Source: Spizellomyces punctatus DAOM BR117 (taxonomy: Eukaryota). From it: a stretch of 64,000 bases of DNA. The stretch is from assembly GCA_000182565.2 (NCBI GenBank), contig KQ257452.1. One strand, given 5' to 3'. The notes under the pieces are model-generated. The model was not told the origin of the DNA. It was given only the letters and a program-made list of their open reading frames with translations, and did not search any database. The position numbers and the translations under genes are program-made. Numbering within the stretch: the first letter of the stretch is position 1; each line of letters begins with the position of its first letter. Shown here one piece after another: positions 48,105-59,827 of this stretch.

Positions 48105-50236
48105 ATGGCTAAAAAGGGAGGAAAGAAGGCTGAGAAGATGTCGCTCACCGACTTCTTGATGAACAAAGGTTCGCAGATCTGCAGATGAACGGGGGATCTC
48201 GAAAGTGGTGGGGACGGGCACACGAACGGTTTTGACTGATATGCGACAAATCTACACAGACTACGGTGGTTCTTGGGCTGACGATGTTGCCGACCTTCCT
48301 AGTGCTCGTACGTATTACACTGTTGACCACAATGGAGTTTGTGTCTGACCTTCTTTTTGCGTCCGTTCAGCAGCGGCAGTGGCAGAGCCTTGTATGTTAC
48401 GGCAAAGTGGAGTTTCGTGAAGCAATTCTTGATATTGACATTAGATGTGTACCAGATGGGTCTGATTCTAGAGGATATGCTGCGTACGATGCTGCGACAG
48501 GTCGAGGTGAGTGCCCTTTGGAATGCAGTTTCCAGCGATGGCCACCATAGGTGACGAAACTTGCGCCTTTCCACAGGAGAGCGTGACTCTCGTCCCCAAG
48601 CCCCTCTTCCGGATAACCCGCCATACACCTGCTTTTTGGGAAATTTGGCCTACGACGTTTCGGAGCGGGACATAGCTACGCTGTTCGGTGATCTGAAGGT
48701 GCATTGAGCCTCCAATACGTATAATCTGCCTTGTTCTGACGGAAAGGCAATTCTTCTTTGAAAAGGTCAAGAACATTCGTATTGTGATGGAGCCCACCGG
48801 TAAGCCAAAGGGCTTTGGCTACGCTGAATTTTTCGATCGGGAATCTCTTGCGGAGGCACTCAAATTTAGCGGAGAGGTACAATAATGTCGTTTACAATGG
48901 TAAATATCGATATCAAACAAACATCATAATTGATTTCAGAGTGTGATGAGACGCAGCATTCGTATTGACGTTGCCCAGCCACGTAAGCTACTTGCAGTAT
49001 ACTGATTCTGTATGTGGTCGACCTTGATCTTGACTGCCCTCGCCTTGCAGCCGCGGATTCTCGTCGAGGCCCATCGGATCAAGATAGGCCAGACAGGAGT
49101 GGCGAGCTCGAAGGTGCATGGAGAAGAGCTGAACCCCTTCCACCTTCGGCCCCTCTGCGCAGGGACAGCTCCAGGGATTCACGAGGTGAGGAGCGCCGTG
49201 GATTTGGAGGCGGTTTCCGTCGGGAAGATCGATTTGGAGGTCGCGATGACGGTTTCCGCGGAAACGGACGATACGGTGATGACCGCCGTGGCCGCGGCTT
49301 TGGTGGTGACCGCGACCGGTATGACCGTTCAACATCCCGTTCTGGTAAGCAGGTGCATGCCCCTCTCCGATTGCATTAACAACTAATCACCTTTGACTGC
49401 TAGACGCTCCCATGGCCCGCAAAAAATTGGAACTTGTTCCCCGCACACGCCCCATCACCTCCCCCGAACCCGCCGAAAATGCTAAACCCTCCGCTCAAAG
49501 TCCTGAAGGTAAGGTAGCGGCCGAACCGAAAAAGCCGAAGTCGAACCCTTTCGGCGCTGCAAAACCTCGTGATGAGCAGGAAATAATGAAGCAAATCGAG
49601 GAACGCCGGCAGCAGCGAGAAGCCGAAAAGCGTGCTGCTGAGGAGGCTGAAAAGAAAAAGGCAGAAGAAGAGAGAAAGAAACAAGAGGAGGAGAAAAAGA
49701 AACAGGAAGAGGAACAGAAAGAGCGTGAGAGGAAAGCAAAAGAGGAACAGGAGCAACAAAAACGGGAAGCGGCTGAGAAAGTGGATAAGGCGGGAGTTGC
49801 CAAAGCAAGAAAACAAGATGATGCACAAAGACCTCGCGACAATGGTCGGCCAGAGCGTCGTCCCTCAGAGGGTGTGGAATCTCGTGCGGACGCAGCATCT
49901 TCTTGGAGACGCGATGCGCCACTGAAGCCCGCTGGCCGGGGAGAACCTCGTACGGGAGGTCGCCGGGATGGAGAAAGGGGCCGCGGAGGGCGCGGAGGAT
50001 TCGGGGCCCGGCGAGACAGCCGTGATGACAACAAACCCAGCACTGGGCGCGGTGAAAGCCGACCTCAGACTGCGAAGGCACCGAAAGGCCCAAAACCATT
50101 GCCTACTCAAGAGAAGGAGCAAGCACATGTCGAAAGCAAAAATGTCTTTGACCTGTTGGGCGAGGTAAGTGTGAATTCAGTGTGATCTATATTTCTGGGG
50201 TAATGGCTGATTCGGTCTGGGCAACAGGACGAATGA
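48105..50236 (+). CDS. TIF3: Translation initiation factor eIF4B (RRM + RGG/coiled-coil)
   Basis: KMSLTDFL, SWADDV, LPDNPPYTCFLGNLAYDV, KPKGFGYAEF, RKKLELVPRT, KSNPFGAAKPRD; the last exon is only GAC GAA TGA. Confidence 0.88.
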
Positions 50237-50464
50237 ATGGACCAAAGCATTTGAGTGTATGCTAGTAGCACACCATATCATAGATGTATCTACCATCAGT
50301 TCTCAGTATATTCGTTTAGTCGTTATGCGTAATTATAGCATGGGAGAGGAGTGTAACTTTGTAAGGGTCGCCGTAGCGACGTGAATAGCATTATTAACCA
50401 GTCTTCAAACAATACTCCACTCAAAATAAAAACTACTGCAAATCCCGCACTTTCAAGTACCCTC

Positions 50465-50947
50465 TCACGGCTTCGCGGCCACTACTCTGTTATATGCTTG
50501 CAATGCCCTGATTCTGCACCGATCTGCCAATACTGGATCCATGTCCTCTGGAATGTTTTTTGGCCGAAAGTAATCTCGAAACGTATGACTTCGTCTGAGG
50601 TACTTATCGGCGTTCTTTGAAACGTAAGGCTTGAGCTATGTACAACAAGTAAAATGAATAACCTTCAAAGTAATCAGACATGGAGCGTGCAGTTCTTACC
50701 TCACATGTTGACAGATCTGGTATCTCCCAGGAACGAAACCTCCATGGTTCGAGGATGAAGCGTCCTAACCCCAAGGTCAGTAACCCAACAGCTTACTCTT
50801 CAGCGCAAGCGTCAAACACCCACCTCGTGCTGTCCATCGCCCCATTCGTCCGCTCCCCGTTCCCTTGTAGAAATTCTTATTCCCTTGCTTTGCCGACATG
50901 ACTCCCCTTGTTGCCCCTCGGCAAAGGCCGGTAATGATCCCAGTCAT
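50465..50947 (-). CDS. MRPL41: Mitochondrial ribosomal protein mL41 (yeast MrpL27), 3 exons; absent from the ORF track
   Basis: RGVMSAKQGNKNFYKGTGSGRMGRWTARG/RFILEPWRFRSWEIPDLSTCE/LKPYVSK. Confidence 0.85.
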
Positions 50948-51179
50948 ACCCATTATGCTTTATAATGGTGTGTTAAAAATGGCAAGGTTATGCTGCTGTG
51001 GTTGAAGAGTTGGAACTCAATGATCAAGGCACATTAGTTGTCATGGTAACGCGGCTGGCATTGGTCATGTTTGATGAATTGCTGGTTCGCCCAGAGCTCC
51101 CGTTATGAGAGATATTCACCTTGCAACTTAACGTAGTGGGTCATGACAGTGCCCATATGTTCATAAATATATTAAGCCC

Positions 51180-52430
51180 TCATCGCTCTGCTAAAGCCCC
51201 TTCCAAAATCCCTAGTATATGCGTAGCCCTGGTTCTTGCTGCCTCCAAACAACTTGTTAATGTCTCCTGACCCAATGCAGAACCGCCAGGTTTCAACATC
51301 CCACAAAGACCACCATTTTGCTCGATAATCACAGTCAGCTGTGAAGAGAGATGGGGTTCTTCTTCGATGTCGGGATCGGCAAGGATGAATTGTCTGCAAA
51401 AGATCTTGTCAATACCAATGGAGTAGTCACAGAGCTTCGAACGACTTACCCATCGAAGACACCGAATGTCACAGATATTGGTGTTCGTGAGAGTTTAAGC
51501 GGAATTGTTCGCTGCTCCTTTACTCTGACAGCGTTGTCTGCTTCGTAAAATGTCGCTGTGGGTAGTCGAACTGTGATACGTGGTCGTGATTGTCATCAGC
51601 ATTTCAGATCCATCGCAGATGGACAGGCAACTTATCCTTACCATGTTTCAAAGCAGCCACTAAAGCAAGCATGGCCGCATCCATCGCGTTTCCCTCATAG
51701 TTCAAGCAGACTATGTCAGCGTATAAGACCCAAACCGCACGTCCCTCCTCTATGCAGAGATCCGATAGGTTTAACAGTTTCGAACTACCGAGGCAAGTGC
51801 AAAAGTAAAGTCAATGAACAGCCGGCATAAACGGCGCTGGCATGCTCTCCTACCTTTCCAGTACTCGGTTGATGTATTCGCTGATACTTTGGGATAGTTC
51901 GGACGGCGGTCCTGGCTTGAATTGCGGAGAACATAGAGGTGGCAGATCAAAATTTGGAACTATGAAAAGTCACAATCAGGACCGACTTGCATCATATAGT
52001 GCAAACGTATGCAAAAGATGCACGAATCCAACCTATAAAGCCGTCCCTCGGCGCGCCAGTTTTTGGCTCTGTTATTTCTGCTTTTATCCCACACACCACC
52101 GTTGTCTCTCCCAACCTCGCCATAGCCGACCCATGTGCAGTGGTTATCGCACCTTTAGAGATGGAATTAATCGTCCGATTCAAACAGACTGGATTAACAG
52201 TTATCAACCACGTCCACCATACCAACAGTAATTTTGGCTTTTCTAAACCTTGACAAAGTCCTGCCGTCCGGTCGTACGCCTTGAGATAGAAAGCGGCGAT
52301 GGTATTCTGTTGGATGGATTTTCTTGAAAGTTTCGGAATCGAGAGAGAAGACAGCAGGAGTGCTGGTCACAGATGGGGGAGTGTCGACGTCCATTCCATT
52401 CTGAACGGACGCTGGTGTTGAGTCGTCCAT
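51180..52430 (-). CDS. RRP43: Exosome core subunit Rrp43 (EXOSC8)
   Basis: FKKIHPTEYHRRFLSQGVRPDGR, AHGSAMARLGETTVVCGIKAEI, LPPLCSPQFKPGPPS, YKPGGS-like C-terminus. Confidence 0.9.
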
Positions 52431-52567
52431 AATGGGGGGATATGTTGAGATCACAGACCACACAATACGTGTAGGGAATCGTAATGGAGTCCTTGTTGCC
52501 ATCGAAACGAATCTGATTAGGTGATGATGTTGAAGGCAGCGCTCTTGACATTTTGTAGATCACAGCA

Positions 52568-53230
52568 ATGCCAACTACGTCGTCCTCGTCCTCGTCTGAC
52601 AGTCCAACCCTTTCCGAACGAGCCCATGACTTGCTTTCTAAAGCATCCGATCAGTTAGTTTCCCGCGGATATCCTTCACTGACAACTTTAGCGCAACGCC
52701 CGGGACTGACACCGTACCCTGCAATGGCAACATCTGCTTTGTGTATGTGAGGTTTCTGACAAGTGCATTGCGGAGGATGGCCTTCCTTGGCTCATTTGTG
52801 ATCCCATATATCTGTTTCAGGTTTTGCATCTGCAATTCCAGCGCTGCGAGGAGGAAGAGGGTGGCCTGGATATTTTCCCTTGGTCGGATTCGGAGCGATA
52901 TTTGCTGGGGCAAGGTGTGCACTCGAGTGGCTACTGCATTCGTAAATTATTTGATATGTATCCACCTTTTCTCTCCTATCAGCTACGTACTTTTGCATGA
53001 TCTTGATAATGGCACGTCTACCGCGACAGGTACTTTATTGTGTTGATAGCCCACAACCTGTCAGCGTACTAATTGGACATGTACATCCAGCTTGGGGAGT
53101 AGTATATACTTCTTTATTCCTTCGGTCGACAATAGCATCTCGACGAATTGGGCCCATTGGTCTCCTGGCTTGCGTAATGGGAACAACCGGTGCCTACGGG
53201 GTCGAGATGTGGGACTCGTTCTTTGGATGA
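52568..53230 (+). CDS. Small membrane protein, Aim19-like
   Basis: Spliced: PYPAMATSAL..., FGAIFAGASYVLLHDLDNGTSTATAWGVVY..., GAYG. Confidence 0.6.
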
Positions 53231-53490
53231 GCAAGGTGGAACATCTTATTTAAATATCATTAACCATATGCGCGTGCATGCGCATAACATCAGGGCGCGC
53301 TGGATAGTTCACAACATTATTCATGTACAGTATACCGAGTATTGCATAGAAGATTAGACAGTAGTTATTCATATTGTATTTGGTTGCTTCAAACCTGGTT
53401 TTTTTTGATCTGGAAGAAACCAAAAGAACTGGATATGTTTGTGACGTCTATTTTAGTGAAATGAATTTTGTATCAGTGTCATACCGCTCG

Positions 53491-54534
53491 CTAGTCAACC
53501 AAGACAACCCTCTTCGCCTTGATCTCTTCCAAGATCTCTCGAGCGCCCTTGGCCACCAATGCCGCCCCAAGTCGCTCTCCTAGTGCTTCCGCGGCTTTCA
53601 AGTCTTCTTCCCGAGTTCGCCCTTCAATAATACACTTATCCTCTTCACGAATCTCCACCGTCCCATCCAAGCTAGATACGGAGCCAGTCATTAAAAGCTC
53701 CCCGCCGCCCGCGTACTTTGTTGACACGCCAAGCGGCACACTGCATCCACCCTCTAAGAACCGCATGAACGCCCGCTCCGCTGTACATCTTAGACGTGTT
53801 TCCCAGTGGTCTAGCGGTTGAAGCAATTCTAACGTTTCTGCGTCATCCCCTCTGCATTCGATCCCAAGAGCCCCTTGCCCCACAGCATGCAAGATTGTTT
53901 CGGGGCCCAGTACTTGTGAAATACGGTCATCCCAGCCTAATCGGTGCAAACCCGCGTAGGCAAGAAGGATAGCCGCGTAGGGCCCTTCAGGTGCATCCAG
54001 CTTGCTTAGCCGAGTATTCAAATTACCTCGAACATCTTGAAAGACAAGGTGTGGAAATCGACGCTTCAGTTGCGCTATGCGTCGGACTGAGCTAGATCCA
54101 ACTATACTGCCCTCCTTCAAATCGGAAAGCTGTTTTAGGCCCTCAGATTGACTTTTCAATGACAGAACCAAGGCATCCCTGGGGTCCTCTCTCTCCGTTA
54201 TGGCGCCAAGGCACATTCCCTCGGGCAGCACGGTTTGCAAGTCTTTGAGGGAGTGTACGACAAGATCCACAGTGCCTTCGGCCAAAGCTACCTCCAGCTC
54301 CTTTGTGAAGAGGGACTTTGAACCAATCTTCGACAGGGCAGTGTCCTGAATTTTGTCGCCTTTGGTTGTCATGCCGTAGATGGCAAAGGTGTATTGAGGG
54401 TGCATGTTCCGTAGACGGTTTAGGACAAATTCCGCTTGGACCATAGCGAGCTGAGATTCGCGGGTGCCAATCACAAAGTGCGTTCGTCGGCTGCCGGGTG
54501 CGGCACCCGCTGCGGCTCCAGATTGGGATGCCAT
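53491..54534 (-). CDS. HEM3: Porphobilinogen deaminase (hydroxymethylbilane synthase); intronless
   Basis: IGTRESQLAMVQ, GDKIQD.ALSKIG.KSLFTKELE, VHSLKD, GSSSVRR, RGNLNTRL.KLD, AVGQGALGIE, ERAFMR.LEGGCSVPLG. Confidence 0.97.
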   Translation of the reverse strand: MASQSGAAAGAAPGSRRTHFVIGTRESQLAMVQAEFVLNRLRNMHPQYTFAIYGMTTKGDKIQDTALSKIGSKSLFTKELEVALAEGTVDLVVHSLKDLQTVLPEGMCLGAITEREDPRDALVLSLKSQSEGLKQLSDLKEGSIVGSSSVRRIAQLKRRFPHLVFQDVRGNLNTRLSKLDAPEGPYAAILLAYAGLHRLGWDDRISQVLGPETILHAVGQGALGIECRGDDAETLELLQPLDHWETRLRCTAERAFMRFLEGGCSVPLGVSTKYAGGGELLMTGSVSSLDGTVEIREEDKCIIEGRTREEDLKAAEALGERLGAALVAKGAREILEEIKAKRVVLVD

Positions 54535-54722
54535 TGCAGCAATAAACAGGTAAACAAAGTTGGGGCAAATCCGACATCCCACCTAGTAAAGAGTTGGTGA
54601 CACAAAGTGTTGCCACGACTACCGTAGTGGACCTGCGTGATCCTCCCCCCCTGCCCTTTCACCACCAACACACCCGTCCCCAATTAATTCTGCTTGCGAT
54701 CAACCAAAAAGTGTGAACAAAA

Positions 54723-55588
54723 ATGAACACAACCACAGCTGATTCTGATTCCGACAATGATTCCCTCTTCGCGGAGTTGGAACGCGACGACGACGAATTC
54801 CTCGCGTCCCACCGTGAACTTCGGATGGAGGAACTGAAGCGTGAGTGAGTTTTACCCTCAGAATACTTGCAGTCTCCCGCTCCGTGAAATTCTCACTCTC
54901 CTTTAAACGCAGAATGACAAAGGTTCAAGAAATGCGAAATAGCTCACACGGCACATATGACACGGTCTCCACAGAAAAAGCGGTACTGAATATCACAACA
55001 ACGACAAAACACTGTGTGGTGCACTTTGCGCATAAAGATTTCCGGCGTTGTCAGTTGATGGATAAGCATTTAGGGGTGAGCAGACCAGTGTTCTCGTATA
55101 CGTGAGCGTGTTCACTTATTGATTCTGTGGCTGCGCATTGAAGGAACTAGCAAGAAAACACTTTAGAACCCGGTTCATTCGGGTCGACGTGGAAAACGCG
55201 CCATTTTTGGTCGAACGATTGCAGGTCAAAGTGTTGCCGTGTGTAATACCGTTCATAGATGGGGTATCTGTGGATAGGTGCGACATTGTCTCTGAAAATC
55301 GCGCTCCGTCGACCTCACTGACCTTCCTTTTCACAGATTAATTGGATTTGAGGATGTAGGAGACAATGACAATGTACCCACATCGGCAATAGAAGAATGG
55401 TTAAAGAAGACGAGTGAGTAGTTGAATTAGATGACGTGCTCTCGTAATTCAAATTGTTGACACTGCCTTTGCTCCATGTCAAATCAGAGGTGATACCGGA
55501 GTCTGAAATGGATCTGACGCACAGAAAGACCATATTCGGATTTCCGGACAAGTCGAGGGAGGATGAGTCGGACGATGATGATTACTAG
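54723..55588 (+). CDS. Phosducin-like thioredoxin-fold protein (TXNDC9/Plp1)
   Basis: HRELRMEELK, SHGTY, CVVHFAHKDFRRCQLMDKHL, TRFIRVDVENAPFLVERLQVKVLPCV, IGFEDVG; acidic C-terminus. Confidence 0.88.
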
Positions 55589-55819
55589 CTTCTGTCGTTG
55601 GGGTTTGTGAATAATATGATAAGTTATGTTAGTGAAAGGGTGTCAAATGCTCAGTTCTGGAATATGTTACTGCGATATGTTATGTCCGCTTGGAAGCGCT
55701 TGGAGGAGCGGGTATCACAACAGTAATTAGGTATTCTTATTATAGAAGGGCAGGAAAAAAAAAAGTCACAATTGACCGAGCAAGAAACCATCTATATCCA
55801 ATTGCCTTTTGTCTATCTA

Positions 55820-58800
55820 CTACATCACCAAACAATCCTTGTCCTTGTCCTTCGAACTCCCAGGAAGTGATTTCCTCTTTGCCTTTTTGGTACTCTTTTT
55901 CCCTTTCATTTTCTCGTCCCGGTGGACGTCGTCTTTGCAAGATTCTGTAATCGACACGTGAGTATCAGCAGGATTGTGTACTTCAGGTGCAGATCGGCAA
56001 GGACGCATCACCACTGGAAGGGCTGAGGTGTCGCTGCTCGAGTCGGGCTTTGTGCCAAGGTCAGGCAGACTGGGTGGAGTGGAATTGGGAGGGGGTAGTG
56101 GTGAGTCCTTTGGTGTCGAGCTCATTGATGCAGCAGACGTTGATGGTTGTTGTGATGAACAAAAAGAATCTTCGCGGATCGTTGGAGTTCTAGATGTTTC
56201 GGGAGTTTCGAGGTCAAAGCTAGGTGTAGGTTCGGGGATGGTATCCATGGATTGCGGTATTGATGGGGTCATGGCATTTTCTTGGATCATTCTTGTTCCG
56301 ACTTCGAGGAGCATAGCGCTTTCTTCCGCGGTATCCGGGTCCTATTTTTGCGTAGAATCCATACATCGGTGTTGGGTTCTTCAGAAGAGAGGTATCCTAC
56401 GCCGTACCTGGTATTTCAGTCGTATCCAATCATGCTTCAGTAAGGCACTAGCTGTCCATCGCTTGTCAACGTCACGTTGGAAGCATTTGTCGAAAAAGTC
56501 CCGAAGATCCTATATGTGGTTAGGTAGTTTGAGCTTCGCGCTTGCAAGCAACAGATGCTGTGCATTCTTACATCCGATATGTCATCCGGCAATGGTGGAG
56601 AGTCATCTGCAGACGTGTACGTCAGCTACTATCCTTTTCCGAATCTCGTCAGCGCGAATGAATCAGTGTGTACCTTCAACAATACGGAACAAGGCAGTCA
56701 TCGGGTTCTTCAGATCCAGATATGGAGGCTTTCCGGTGATCATTTCAATTATAGTACATCCAAGACTCCTATGTAGAGTGAGAGGCAATGTTAGAGAATT
56801 GTGCTTGGCAGGAAAAACGGAAACACGACGAAGAGTGCTTACCAAATGTCTGACGCCGTCGATGCGCCCTTCAACTCTATGATCTGTGCGACAGATATAT
56901 GACCTACATACCCATAAGCTGCTCTATATCACTCGGAACATACCTCGGGTGCCATCCAGTAGGGTGTACCAGCTGCAAGAAATGAATAAGATACGAAACG
57001 ATTCTAAATCGCAGACGGATTGTATACCAACCGACAGCTTGCTCGTCCTCCCCCACGCCATTAAGTTGCTTTGATACTCCAAAGTCGGACAGCTTCACTG
57101 TGCTGTCCTTGGTTGTCAGGATATTGGCACACTGTATAGTACATCAAATGCACATGTTATTCACAGAACGGAAATTATTCCTTCCTAAAATGACGCACAT
57201 ACTTTGAGGTCACAATGGACAACACCCTTTTCATGCAGGTACTGAAGTCCCTCCAAAATGTTTTCCACGTAAACTGCAGCCAGCTTTTCGGGTATCAGAA
57301 GGTTGTACTTTTTCATTACGCTTTGTAGCGAACCACACTCCATGAACCTATACCGTGACACCCCATGAGTGAGTCAATGAAGATGAATGGCCCACAAATT
57401 ATCCACTTACTCCAAAATGATGTTTAGATATCCTTCCTGAAGGACGAAACCCAGGTACTTGACTATATTAGGGTGTGTCAACGACTTCAGGAGTTCAACC
57501 TCTTGCTGTAGAACTTTAGCGGTGAGTCCAAGTCTAGGGATATCAATGACTGGACAACGACAAACCATGAGCTCTTGTACACCCTGTTCTTTACGGTCAG
57601 CCAATGGAATGCGTTTGATGGCCGCCACTTGCCCTTTGGTTGAGTCCGGAGTAAGCATCCAGTCTGAGGTGGACTATTCGGTTTGGGCAATTTCTTACCA
57701 GTTTCCATATTCAATGCCCTGATAACAAGCCAGAGTAAGTTAGAAAATGGATCCGCAAGGAGCCGACATATCCTTGTACTCACTGGTAAACCGTTCCAAA
57801 TTGACCCTTCCCAATACTGCTTCCCAATTGCTAAACCACTAGACCTGAGTTGGGAATCTCAATCAGGACATGACGAGCACCACTCACGTAAGGCCCCAGA
57901 GTGATCCTCTCCGCTGGCGTCTTGGATCCCCGAACGCTGCTTGCTCTCGATCCGGGTCGACTAGATCGGTGTGGTGACTCAGTTCTTGTTCGTGGTGCTC
58001 GGAGGTTTCGGTCTGAATCTGCTTTCTTCATCCCCGAGGGCGTCACCGGTCTAGTGTTCCCAAAATGTGATACTGATATCGACTTGGTATGGACAGGAAC
58101 TGGTTTCTGGGGTGGTGCATCTTCAGATACTATCACCTCATTCCGATATGGGTTCAGTTCGTCAGGTGGCCGAGATTTTAGAGGAGATCCCGCAATGACC
58201 CGTGCGATGGTGAGGATGGTGATGATCACCTACATCACAGACAGTCAGCTACCCTCACGTCGACTAGGATACACGTGAATCTCACCTGCTGCATGTCCTT
58301 CCCCTCAAATAGGTCGACAGTTTGAAAGAGCTCATGTCCTTTCAGACCAAGGTTTTTGCTCGCAGTGAGAAAGCGATTGATATTCTCCATCTGGCAAGGA
58401 ATTTTCAGTTAGGGGTGCTTCAACAGCCAGTTGGTTGGCTAGCTCCAACGAACCTGCAGAAATGGGGCATCTCTCGTGCTGATTATGGAAATACTCCCAG
58501 GCTTCAGCTTATTCATGAGCCTAGAAAAGGGAAGCAGTGATTCAACACCATGAGGACGCTAGCTATAGACTTTGAAACAAAAGTCGGAGTCTTATGACTC
58601 ACTCGCATAGAACGACACCATTTCGTAAGGACTCGTGCAAGCTGTCATTCCCCAGCTTTCTTCCTATGGTTGTCTCTATAAAGTCTACTGCCGCTTGCTG
58701 ATTCTCCAAGTGCTGTTAAATTCAGGAATCATCATGAGCACTGGAACATTGGAAACCTTTGTGATTCAACAGTCGCCGAAGATAGCCGGGCTTTCCTCAA

Positions 58801-59254
58801 GTGGCTGATGTTGACAGTAGTCCATCCCACAAATCCTCACCTGAGCAGCTCGTTTCTGCGCTACCTTGTCGAGAGCGGCCCCCTCCTCGGAAAGCGCCGG
58901 TGTAGACACGTCGGGAGGTGGAACAACGGAGTCAGGGGCAACCTTTGTCATGAATTGGCAGAGTGCACCGGTGGACCTTCGCTTCAGTGTTCTAGGAGCC
59001 CGCGGTCCTTTCGGCAATCGGGGTAATGACGGTTGACGAACAAGGGTAGTTCCGTATGGTGCGCTGTTCGAGTCTATGGGTGAAGGAGGAAGCGGTTCGC
59101 TGGCAACGTGATAGATGCTGCGGTGCGGCCAGCTGTCACCTTGCAGGTGGGACAAAGCATGTCAACTTTGACTAATACATATTATGAAGACGCAATAGGC
59201 TATACCAATAGAATACAGCGGCGGGCAAGTCGGTGTAGGTCCTGGCAAGTGCAT
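55820..59254 (-). CDS. STE11-group (Cdc15/SepH-like) Ser/Thr kinase; start approximate
   Basis: QLGSSIGKGQFGTVY, ALNMETGQVAAIK, EVELLKSLTHPNIVKY, HCDLKCANIL, KLSDFGVS, GTPYWMAPE, SLGCTIIEMITGKPPY, ALFRIVE. Confidence 0.85.
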
Positions 59255-59827
59255 TGAACATTAGTGATCAGCGATGACAATCATAATCAATTGGGCAGCC
59301 CCGAAAGAGCTGACCAAGTTCATTTCTTTGACGTCAGTGGACAAGCAGCATGTAATACGTACGTTGTTGGCTACTGTCGAAACAACGACCTGTTGCCCGG
59401 CAAAGGAAGAGATTTGACAGGTTTCTTGCTAAAGCTCGATGGATTACTCTACCATGAAGACCCAAACAACCGCGATGCTTAGTCAAAGGGGCTTAGCACC
59501 TACAGAAGGTCGCGACACCCGTAGGATTTCTTCCCTTTTGGATCTGTAGGTTGTTGAATAGCAGAACATTAAAGTCATCGCTTGAACTTTTTACATTTGT
59601 TACGGATTTATTCTCAACAGCAACTGTGTGATATTTTGGTCTCGCACTGGCACAGAGTTTTGTTGATAACGGCTAGACGCAGCGCTCGCTGCCTCAAGCA
59701 TAACGAGATCACCATTTGGAAGCTCTTTCCCCGCCACCTCCATCGAACCCCAAAGAATTCTATTTTTGCGTTTCGCACGCTCAGAACTCGAACGTAGTTG
59801 CCGGCTTTGCAGCGCATAATCTTTGAG

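Noticed and set aside
50830-50850. Suspected frameshift in mL41 exon 1
   Set aside because: A recount gives four Cs (ATG GGG CGA TGG), so the frame is intact.
55974-56882. 302-aa + strand ORF
   Set aside because: It is the antisense shadow of the kinase exons, with no recognisable domain.
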